DNA of 64,000 nucleotides from Nymphaea colorata (lineage: Eukaryota): contig NC_045138.2 of assembly GCF_008831285.2 (NCBI RefSeq), positions 13,206,001 to 13,270,000 on the forward strand. The letters are read 5' to 3'. A program made the position numbers and the translations under genes. Shown piece after piece: positions 25,101 through 37,200 of the stretch (position 1 is the stretch's first letter; each line of letters opens with the position of its first letter). Under the pieces are notes generated by a model. That model made no database searches. It was not told where the DNA came from and was given only the letters and a program-made list of their open reading frames with translations.

Positions 25101-27937
25101 AAACGGGAATTTTAGATTAGGGCAGACGTAACAAGGGCAAAGATCAAGGATTTTAGGGTTAGGTCAAAGATTTTAGGGTTAGGGCAGAAAAACAGAAATT
25201 AGGGCAGAGATTTTAGGGTAGGGCAAAGATCAAGGGATTTTAGGGTTAGGTCAAAGATTTTAGGGTTAGGGCAGAAAAACAGATATTAGGGCAGAAATTA
25301 GGGCAAAGATTTTAGGGTTAGGGCAGAAAACAGAAATTAGGGCAGAGAATGAGACTTCTTAACGAACAATCTCAGTGGCAACAACCTGGCTCTGATACCA
25401 TGTAAGATTGTGAGATATTACGCCAAACCACTGAATTGAATCCTTTGTAGATGCGAGAAGAGAAGAAGAGGAGGTGACTGCACGTGCAATAGAGAGAGAG
25501 AAGAAAAGAGGGCAGCAACGGTGGCTCTTCCTCCTTGTCATTAATATAACCTAATGTATGCTACAAGTAAATACAGAAAACAACAAGTATTTACAAGTAT
25601 GCCACTGCCCATTATATTTGGGTATATGGGCAAGATGGATCGGGTCTACAGACCCGATCCAATTTGTACAATCTTAACAGAAACCTTACATACATTGTCA
25701 AGTGTTTCTCAGATACTAATTGGGAGGCATGTTTTTTGAAAATCTAAAAAACTCACAAATTCAAAAAAAAAATAAAGAAAATATTTAAAAATTGAGTTTA
25801 TACTAATTCAGTTACAAAAACATTGATCAAAAGTCAAACTATTTAATAATACAATAAAAAATCTCAAAAAATTTAAATAAATTAAAAACATTTTTCTCAT
25901 AAGATAGAGAAAGCAACATGATAAAGCGATAGAGCTCTTTTTATTTTTTGGCCCTTTTTCAAAATATTGCAAACTTTCCCACACTTTTCATTTTAATATT
26001 TTCCCCATTTTTAATATTTTTTTGGAAAAACATGCTGACAGCCTGACATTTGTGCTGATGCTTACACATAAGCTAATTACTATCCCATTTGCGGATGGAG
26101 TTTGAACATGCTAGTTAATCATTATCTCATTCATCATTGCCTAAAGGGAAAAGAAAAAAGATCAATTTAAAGAAATTATTCACCAAGTACCTGAAACCCG
26201 TCAAATGTCCGATAGTATGGATCAAGTAACAAACTAGCTAGAGAGACAAGTTGACTTGTTCTATCCCATCCATCACTGCACGAGAAAGAGGATGCCAGAT
26301 ATTTCAACTGACCAACATACTTTGTAATAAGCATTCAGGAAAAGATTAAAAGTGTTGTATAAAAACTAAAAAAAGCAGGCTAAGTAATACGACAGTAAAA
26401 CGAGCCCATCTGCTCCCTTTATTAATCTCTTCCAAATGCTTTTGCACTGTATCATTCTTGCTTACAAATTCCAAGGCTCTCCGTTCATAATAGTGGAGTA
26501 CTCTTTTTATAATCTTATATATCAATTTGCTTTTTACGCCTCATTTCCGAAAATGTTGCCTTTTCCATTTCTCACATGCTTCCACAAATGTCTTATTGGC
26601 CCAGCTTTCCACTTCTAATTTACTAGTACTGGCTTCTGGACCTCATGTATTCGTTCCCTACACCCATTTAGCCTCCTGGTAACTATGGATCAGGTAGCCT
26701 TTATTCGCCAAATCACCCATGTTAGGGAAGTGTCAGTTTATGCAAGCATGTGATGTTTTCTTAGTTTCTCCTCCAGTCAACACCATTAAATGCTAAGAAG
26801 GGCTAATCATTCTTCTACAAAGAGGTGTTCAAGGAAACAAACAAGAACCTAACTGTTGCTGTTCTTCCCATGTTCCATTCAAAGAAAAATATCACCTCTA
26901 TTACAATGAGAGGAACTACTGAAAATAAAAACTACAAAATTTCGTTACAGAAATCAGACAGTGGAGCCATCGAGTTACTACAGTTGGAGCCATCTATCTT
27001 ATAGTACTTATTTAAAAATAATCAACAAGCTACAGAAAAACCTGCAATGGACAAGCACTGAAGCAGATTCTAGAGCAACACGAGCAGCAATCCAAGCAGA
27101 ACCAGCCAAAACACTATGGACATGTATCAACCATCCACTGTCACCAAGTGTTGAGACAGAGGCAGACATGCTGCTTAAGTTCCCACCTCCCCAGGTCCAT
27201 CCACCATTTCTCTACAATTCACAATGCATGAATGGCATAAATAGCATCAGTATAGAAGAATAAATCATGAATCATCAATACTAATACACTCACTAGCTAT
27301 AATTACATAAGAAAGTATGTAACATATTGTAAATCAGAAACAAAATAAACATGACAGGAAATAAGCTTTTGAAAATGAACAAGATTTTCCCACACAAACT
27401 AATCACTGTTTCCAAGGTTGCAAATGGTTCAGATAAAAACCACCTCAACACATTGGGCACTGGATCAGATTTGGAAATGACACAGCCACAAAATTGGCCA
27501 AATTCAACACATCTGCTGCCCTCTTGATTGTTCTTTTCTTTTCAAATCTGAAACTGGAAAAAGATAGGTTCTTTTGTTTCTGAATTGTTCACAAAAGCTC
27601 CTAAGGTAAAACTTTTCTCCAAGTGCTCTGGAAGCAATAATTCTAGTGACAATGGGATGCACTTCAAGTTCTCACATAAGTAATGGGATTACAAGATATG
27701 TTAAGTCTAAAAACACATACTTTGGTGTGACCCAAGAAAACCAATAAAACTGGTTTAAGAAATGAAAAATACACACGAAGACACACACACACATAAACCC
27801 ATACATACACCTTTTTGGGCTCATAAATAAAACATCCAATCAGTTTGAAATACAGCAAACAGGCAGATTCATGGCATGGACTGTGAGCTGTCTAAAGGTT
27901 TGTAACATGGCTTTTGATGCATTAGCCTATCAATCAA

Positions 27938-28004
<67 letters not shown>

Positions 28005-28231
28005 TATTGAGATGTGTGTGTATATATATATATATATTATTTAGCAATATGTGTGTGTGTGTGTGTGTGTACATACATATATGCATACACACACACATAT
28101 ATGAATGCATATACATATTAAAAATTGGAAATAAGTCGGTCTCCACAGAGATACCCAGTAAAAAAACATATGAAAAATAGAAACACAGTGCACAAAAGTC
28201 TAAAAATTGAAATCATCATGAATCAAACAAG

Positions 28232-28270
<39 letters not shown>

Positions 28271-31200
28271 CATATATGCATACATACATACACACACACA
28301 TATATATATACATATGTGTATATATATACATACATACACAACAGCCAAGAGAAAGTCAATCCCGTTATCCAAACTGTGCTTACTCCCTTTGTCATGAAAG
28401 GCAGGCCGTGGAACCCATAAATAGTTCAAAAGGGAGTAAGCACAACAAGCATACTTTAGGTAGGGAGAATTTACTTTCTCTCTTAGATAACCAGACCATG
28501 AGAAGAATATAATTGACTGATGTTTCTGTTCAAATTACATCTACCACAAAGTAGCAGAAAGTATGCAAGTTCTGTAAGAATTGTAGCATTTGAATTGTAT
28601 GCAGTGACCTACAAAATATAAAAAGTGTCTCCTTCAGACCAATTCCCAATTTTCTTGTTTAATAACTTAATGGGGGATAGGCCCACAGCATTTGAGCCCG
28701 ACATCCTAAGTATGTGAATGCACACTATGTATCCAGCTGTCTCAGTCAACCTCCTCAGATGCAAACCAACAGAAAGTTAGCAATTTTAGTTACTTATCAT
28801 TACAGAATCAGCGTCAAGCAATCAAGGAATAAAAAAGCCTAACAGGCTATGCTGCAAGGAACAAAAGAATGGTCAAACCACTTTATAACTCATATTCTCA
28901 GTATGTTAAAAGATTTAAGTCAATTATGTTTGCACCAGCAAATGGACATTAAATGCAAGAAACAACATTAAGGAAACCTTCAGGACAGTCCAAAATAAAT
29001 ATTAGAAAACAGAAGGACCACTAACCAAGAAAGAAGATAATCCATCTGATGAGGCGGCACCATGAGTGTCTAAATACTCTCTCAACCGAGCAAGACTGTC
29101 CCTCATGGCATGTATATTGTCAATCCCCAAAAAAACAACCTGAAAGGCAAGAGAAGAAATTATCTATCCTTATTAACATATGAAGTTAAATTTGATGAAA
29201 CAGCCCAAGGTTCAGGAATCCACATTAGTATACCTCAGACTGGAAGTAGTTTGAGGATGACTCTGAGCCACCTCCCATGGCACCATTTGCCAAAGCATTT
29301 TTTCTAGGCCTTGCATCAGCTATATAAAGCTTCCTGGAAGGAAGAATTCAAGTTTTTTGACCAAATAATAGAAAATATTATAGAAACGTTACCGCAATGA
29401 AAGATGAATGCAAGATTTACTATAGTCCGGAAGATAATAATGTAATCACAAGAAGAAAAAACTTTAAGACAAAATCCTCCACAGGATAAAGAATAGGAAG
29501 ACAAATCACACATTATCTATAGCCACTGGATGCAAACCAACAAGGAAGAAGAGAACAATAGACACCTCTTTTCCTTGTAGAACAAAACCTGCTGTGGTTC
29601 TCCTCATGAGGCAGGTTATCATCCAATGCGATGTCTAAATTTCACAATTTTCTCACCAACGCCATAATTTCGTACAGCATTGAATCAAAGTACCAGAAGT
29701 AGGACAATAACATAGGTACACATCATTTCTGCAATTTTTCATGGGAAGCCTGATTTGCAAACTGAAGGCAGAATTATTTTATTCTGAATTTGAGATAACA
29801 ACCATAAAGTAATGTAACGTTCTAATCACAAAATATGCCAGCTCCCTCGCTGAATACATCACGAGATTACCGTGGTTACATATTTTTTGCTTTTTTTCCG
29901 AAGACATTTTCATTTTTCAAATTTTTCAGTGTTTTTGGATGGTGATGAAATTCCTTGTCAATGACTGGACAGAATTGTCAGAGACTATAACTGAGTTATT
30001 GATACCTAATACTATTTGAATATTTACCATGCCCCTGCTGAGTTAAGCAATAATCTCAAGAAGCTATGCAAAAGAAAAGCACATCAGAAGAATTAAACAG
30101 ATACTTGTGAAGAGAGGTACTAGCATAAAATATACCTCTTATAACCTGTATCTCCTGAATTTGGGGCACAAAGTGCTGCAACAAGCTTTTCATCAGCATT
30201 GCTGCAAAAGTTAACAATTTTAAAAAAATAAGATCAAGAAAACATACATATGCCATTACCGGAAATTAGAAAAACATCCTGAAGCTATCTGCAACTGAAG
30301 GAAATGAGTGTTATAAAAGAACAAAATAACATTATAATTTGACATCCGCAGATTTTAAAATCACAACCAAATATACGGAACATATTTATGAATAAAAAAA
30401 CAGAAGATAAAAAACTACTGAAAACAACAGCACTAGGTGTGTAAGACTAAGAGAATTCGCAAATAGAAGAGAAAATATTCTTCAATACACAGAACAACAA
30501 AGACATAGATAATGAAAATTAATTAGAAAAACTAACAACTTAAATAACAACAAAAGAAAGTCCCAATATCTATAATAAGTGGCATCGGAAACACAACCAT
30601 TAAAGGTTCTTACTTCTTACCTCCTAGCATTCATCATAAGACCAATCATTGGTTGGGAGGAGCGTGCCACTACAGCTCCTGTCTCTGGAATACATCATAA
30701 AAGGAAAGAAGGCATAAAGGATAGCACCTTATGCACCATTATCATGACTTGACTAAATGGAAATAGGAAAGAATAATTAAGCAAACCAGTGCAAAAAAAC
30801 TTTAAAAAAAAAGAAAAACGAATACAGATTCATACTAGGATGACACCATGAGATGACCGGCAACCGACACCTTGCACGGAATGTAGAAGCTTGTAGTACT
30901 TCGTCATCACTGTTGGCAAAGTAAAGAGGGAGAACATAAAAACTATATCTTAAAACAACTTGTTTTCAAGGAAACAACAATGCTGCTGACAATTGAGAAC
31001 ACACCTGATGCAACTAGGAACTATCAAAGTAGATGGATAAGTTGCACACATTGTATAATTGGAATTAACATTACTTATCCTCCACCATTTGTTAGCCACA
31101 AGCAATGTTTTGTCCTCCCACAAACTGCCTGATACATGTGAGCGATCCTTCCCTAACAGCCGTAGATACTCATTTAATAGTCGTGATTTTGGGTTGGAAC

Positions 31201-34200
31201 TCTTAAACTTTGAAGGTCCACATGCAAATGCATAAAGATCCCAAAGTCGTTTTGGCCTTATGCACCGGGAAAGAGATTCAAGAACAGCTCGCCTCTGCAG
31301 GAGTCACCAATGGCCACATGCATTTCACATTTGATAAGCTAGAGCAATTAATATATCCTTCAAGTATTAACATGTGTTTATGAAGACAACAGTAGCACAA
31401 ATATGTACAGCAAAAAAAATATATGCTTTACATAATAACACACTATTAGAGAGATCCACCATCAGTTAGACTAGGAGGAAATGTTGGGAAGCAAGAGTAG
31501 TTAGGTTATAAAACTTCAGTTCTATGGAGTCATGAATAATCAACTCCATTAAGTGTATAACCCAGTCCATTTAGGTTTATGGATGTCTGTAAACCTATTC
31601 CTCAGTTAGGATGGTATATACCTAAGAAAATTGGAGGCTCTCCTCCTCCCTCAAAAACAGAAGCTCTCTCTCTATATATATGTGTGTGTGTGTGTATGTC
31701 TCCGTTCTGTGTGCAGGTCGAAGCAACAGTTGAGAAAGATATCTGGTATCAGAGAGGGGCTGGAATGGCAGACAAGGTGACAGCACAGGAAGCCCCTGGT
31801 AGACGTAGAAACCCTGTATCACCAGAATGAAGAAAACCTTCACAGTTTAAGCAGTCAGACAGAGACCACAGATCAGGTGTTGACTAATTTATGGCCTTGA
31901 TTAGGAAGAAATGATCCTCAGAAGGCTGTCCTCCTAGCAAGGCAGCAACAAACGAAGGCACTCTGACAGCATTGGTTAGTGGTCACAATCAAAAGACAAT
32001 GGATGACTGCCAGTGGCAAGGATTGTGTCACAACTGCAAGAGGGGTGATTGTTTTGTCATGTGCTGATAGAAGAGGAGGATATGAAGCTGTGTGATGTGA
32101 GATTTTTTTCATGTGTTAGCAGGGAGACAAGTGCCTCAGGTGATAAGGGTATCAGAAAATTTTACCTTGGTGACAATTTCTTGGGCATTAAAATGACAAG
32201 AAGTGCAAACTGCTTGGATGTAGTTTTGGGAATTCAGTGCTAGAAATCCCTAGGACCAATTAATTTGGATTCTGGAACAATGAGAATGCAATTCAGAACA
32301 TTAAAGGACTGTGGCGATTCAAGGTTCAGGATGAACACAGCAAATGTTCAAGAACACAGTCCTCAAAATTTTGGAATATCAAGGGGCAGCTTACTTCCTA
32401 TCACTAATTGGGAAGGACCTTGCAACCAGCCAACCAGAAGGGAAAAAAAGAAAAAGACAACCACTTGAATTAAGAAGGCCATTGTCTGAGTTTATATGTA
32501 AACACACCTATTAGAAAAGCATAAAAATGACACCGTCAGAAGCTATTTGTGGCTAGCCCCCGCCAACCCTTTAGTAACATCATGCAGGAGAGTCACAAAT
32601 AGATGAGCATATGTCCAACTTTGCAGCTGAGACAAGGTATATCAAATCCTTAAGAATAATATTCAATTGGCTCAAGTTCAAAAAAAAGCACCAATATGAC
32701 AGAAAACAGAAGGATAAGGTATATGTAGTGGTAGACTGGGTTTAGCTTGAGCAATTTAGCGCCCTATGACCTTCCATGAAAAGCAACTGGACATCACAAG
32801 CTTCTCCTCAATTTCTCTGGTCCCTTTCAGATAACAGAGAAGTTGAAGAGTTGCAACTAGCACTCCCACCTAAAGACAATTTTATTCAGTCTTCCATACA
32901 TCCAGGTTGAAACCTTTCATTGGATATCCCTCAGCCAGCCACACCAGCCTATGAGAGCAACTCCAACTGACTCAGGTCCAAGGCCCTTCAGGGTGTCGGA
33001 TGAACGTAGAAAGAGAAAGAAAGAAAAACTAGTTTGAAATAAGAGCACAATATTAATCAGCAGGTGCTGTGGAGATATAGTCTAGGTTTCCATACTTCAT
33101 ACTTTGAGGCGACGTGTCTGGAGGGAGCAATTATTAGAAAGTCAACCATTAGCTTGATTAGAGGGAAATGCTGGGAGATAAAGTTAGGTTAGATTTAAGT
33201 CCAGCAGTAGGGACACAGGCAAACAGATTCACTATAGGGTGTAACCAGACTCATAAGGGTTATGGATGTACATAAGCCCCATTCTGAGCTATAAGGAGAT
33301 ATGCATAATAAGACAGAAGAGTTGAAGTCTATGCTCCTCTGTCACACGCCCATTTTTGGAGTTTGATGCATATGATAGAGGAAGATAACATGTGTGTGTG
33401 TGTGTGTATTGAGAGAGAGAGAACTTATTTGTGTGTATTGTGTGAAGCATGAACCTATCTGCAAACATGTGTCTGTGGCGTTTTTACAAATTTGGTGTCC
33501 TTTTCAAAAGATGCAAAAAATATTGGGAAAATAAAGCAAATGAAGAAAAGAGAAAATCACAATATTTATAAGAAAAGGTGCTTTTTTGCATAAAAATGTT
33601 TTTTAATATATTTAAATTTTTTTTATGTATTTTTAACATATTGCCATCTTGAATTTTGATCAACGTCTTCTAAAAAAACTCAGTAAAAACTTTTTTATTA
33701 TTTTTTTTTATTTCTTGTTTCTCAAGATTTTCCCAAGAAAAACAAACTTATCTGAGAAAAGACTTGCCTATAGAATACTTGCCGATGGAATACGAAAAAC
33801 AATATTTGTGGCAATTGTTTGTCTCAATTACATTATCATACTTACACCTTAACTGTGACTTATCACCCAATCAAATTGTAGAGCATTTCCCAAATTCCGA
33901 AAGAAGAGTAAAACACATTAGATAGTATAATGGCTCAACCGAAGCTAAAAATGATGCCAAAGCACAACCACTTATAACATCAAGATAGCCCAATCTTCTA
34001 TCTAAGTTACAAGCCAATTTGATCTAAATCTGGGGTTTGAGAACCTCATGAGCATCAAAATTATCCAACCCAGTACAGGTGCAGGTGTGGATATAGTAGT
34101 GCAGGTATGGACATGACAATTCTTAAAACTATGGCACACACACATACACAGATATATATATTTCGTAGCTAATAGTGTTATAGGTTCATACTTCATAGAC

Positions 34201-37200
34201 AATCCAATCTAACCAAAAATAGAAAACCCGAAAGCCTTAAAAAAAATAGCAAAGATCTGGATTCCTTCCAGAAACTAGTACTTTATGAGTGCCCATGTCC
34301 CTAAATTGCCTACGAACACAGTTATGGCAGTTGATATTGAGTACCCATGTGACTCAGTTTGTGACTCAGCCCAACTTGAACTAAATCTATGCTTGAAAAT
34401 ACAATGAATACCAGCCTAAATATCCAGCCAGATTCTTCATCGCAATTTCTTAGCCTTTTACCCTCAAAAGTTTCTATTGGATACAATTTTACATTTTTAA
34501 TCTCTCTGATCTTGATGCATGAGTAATCCAGCACAGAAGTTGAAAAACTTTTCAACCTTTCAGGCACAACATAAACCAATAAATTTCATAAAGCTGACCT
34601 GCTTAGTACGAGGGCGGAATCCATAGACAATAATTCTCATGTCTTTACCTGCAGCAAGGTAAAATTCATGAATGAACCTAAACCCAAACCCCAGATGGCA
34701 TTGGAAAGAGAACCTTGTAGATGACAAAGCCAACTTCTTCCAATAAATTTAGTCAGTCAACACATCAAACCAATATCTAGGAAAGAAACAGTTAATAATT
34801 ACAGCTGCTACTGTTTTGTATGCCAAGATCTCTGTTAGGAGAAAGAGAGCTAGAATTGCTGCTTCAGAATTCAAGTTTTGTGTGCTATAGAAAGAATACA
34901 TCCAACAGGTCAAGGGAGAAGGTTCAGGAAGAATGTTTCCAATATGACAAGTTGATATAACTAGAAATATTAGCCTTAACTGTTCCTTTTTTTTTTTTCC
35001 TCTTGTTTTCTTAGCCTAGCACTGGCTGCATGCTTGAAATGCAAGGAAAAGGCAAATAACATTAGTTGCCAACTACATATCTAAGGTTATGGAATGGGTA
35101 TGACTGGAAAATGAGACATAACCAAACGAATTAGAAGACCTTAACATTTAAGGTCAAATATATTTTCTGTAGCCTTCATAGATCACTATAGAACCTTTCA
35201 AGGGACCTTTAATGCTGTTCAATGCACGAAGCCAAACCAGAGTTAGTTAGAGATTCAACTTCCTAACCAGATCAACTATGATATAACAAATCTAAAAGAT
35301 TTACATGGAGCAAGTAATTTCATTATCTATATAAGCATTAATATTCCATCATTTTACCTTTCATCATGAGTAAATCTCTCAATTTCGTATTATTTTCTTG
35401 TCTTCTGGATCCATACATAGGGTCACAACTCTAACACCCCTCTTTAATGTGATGTTTATGTGTCTTTCCTTATATCATTGTATATCCAGCCATCAAGCTC
35501 TGTGCTTATGCCAGGTCTCAAGACTCTCAACACTGGTATGCATGAAAAGGTCACAAGCAAATTCAAGCTCATTACAAGCTATTTCAGCAGGCAGTCATTT
35601 CATTTTTACCAATAAATTGTTTTAGTGCCATTTGTAAATGACACCTACAGATTATAGTGCTAACTCCATTTGTGGGGATGTTTCCTAGTGATCAGTGTCA
35701 CACGAACGCTTTAGCTTTGGCACCGGGTGCAGATGCGACGCAGGTGCGGCCCGGATTTGCATCCAGATGCAGTCAAGATGAGTCGGGTGTGGTCAGCCAC
35801 ACCCAACCATTTTTGTCTATTTTGGATGCGAACCCGACTCACGTCATAGTCTTTCTTGTCCTTTTTTTATTTTTTATATTTTTAAGGGTTTAGAGCACGA
35901 TCGTGCCCCTTCCTCTGCCTTCTTCCTCTTTCACTGAAGCACCCAAAGCTTCTTCAGTCTACACATGTTTCCAACGTCTGTGTTTCCGACGGCCGGCAAG
36001 GCAGGCAGCAGGCATCTATCTCTTTCAGCGGCAACAACAACCACACGGGTGGCAGGTGCTTCAACTTTTTTCCGGCAGACGATCAACTACAGGCAGCAAA
36101 TTTTCCTGTCTTCGGCTGCTGCTCTCTCTGGTTCATAACTTCAAATCTCATCTTACAGCCCCTTTCATTGTTTTATTCATTTATTGTGCATCGCACTGAT
36201 TGTGTTTTGTTTTAGTTTTTCTGTTTGTTCATTTTTTTCATTGGATGTTAGTTTTAATGATGCATCTTACTTTGATTTCTGCAGATTTTCAATGTTTCAT
36301 TGACTGTTTTTGTTTGTTTTCTGCTTCTATTTATTCATCAAGACTCAAGACTTATGTGTGCTGCTATTTTTCTGTTTTAAGTTTTTAACATTATTTCAGT
36401 ATTTGTTTTGCTGCAGCCTGCAATGACTTTTACATTTATACTTGTTTAGCATGTTCTTTTAAGTTTTCACATTTCGTGATTTTGTAATAGCAGTGGGGAC
36501 AGTCTCTGCATTTATTTTCATTTTCCCTCTTCCATGTATTCCTGCTTTTGTGACACGGTAGTCGGCACCTTTTCCTCTTTAACCAGTGCATGTAATGGCC
36601 TAATGCGGAATAGGTGGGCAGTGCATAGAAGGGCTGAAGAGCTTAATATGGTTGGGAACTTGGAATTAGTTGCAGTGGTCGTCTATAGATCATACATGAC
36701 CTACTATGTTTTTGTGACTGAAAATTTTAGTTTTGCAGTCTTGTTTAACTTGTTCAAGTCATCTGTTACCTTTTCTAGTTGGACTTTAATTTGCATGTTT
36801 TCTGTGACTAGATCAAGTCATGTCAGCCATCTTTGGTCCTGTTAACATGAAATTTGCTTCTTTTCTTCTCTTTTTTATCATACATGTGTGGCCCCTTCAA
36901 AAGTGCCAGGTGTCAGCTTCTAACTTCTTTAAAAAATATTTTATGAATATCTTATTCTAATTAATTTTTATATTTATTCCATTTTTCATAAAATGATTCT
37001 TTAAATATTTTTAGCCGATTCAGAACTTAATCAATCGACAAATCAGCAAATCCACGAAATCAGCAGCTCCACCAATTTGGTTCCCAAACGGATTTTTTAA
37101 AACACTATTTTTATTGAATCTGTAAATGAGAACTAGATTATTAATTGTTTAATAAATCAAAATACTTATTTTGGTTGTATTTGTTTATCATGTTCTTGTT

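Larger units (their letters stand above)
14374..25679 (-). mobile_element. Ty1/Copia LTR retrotransposon A (short-LTR, Ale-like), degenerate and interrupted by two nested elements
   Basis: 5' LTR 25401-25679 and 3' LTR 14374-about 14621 (inner end damaged). TSD GAAAC at 14369-14373 and 25680-25684. tRNA-iMet PBS TGGTATCAGAGCC at 25388-25400. Gag zinc knuckle [14 protein letters not shown], protease WYVDSGAA, integrase, RT (YVDD region) and RNase H ([15 protein letters not shown]) occur in Copia order, with many stops and frameshifts. About 5.0 kb once the nested inserts are removed. Confidence 0.93.

Noticed and set aside
25115..25345. Interstitial telomere from a chromosome fusion
   Set aside because: The motifs are interspersed with spacers and lie between the PBS and gag of a retrotransposon, and the related element B has an analogous array.
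27934..28512. ORFs rich in YI/HT repeats
   Set aside because: They are translations of AT/AC microsatellites.
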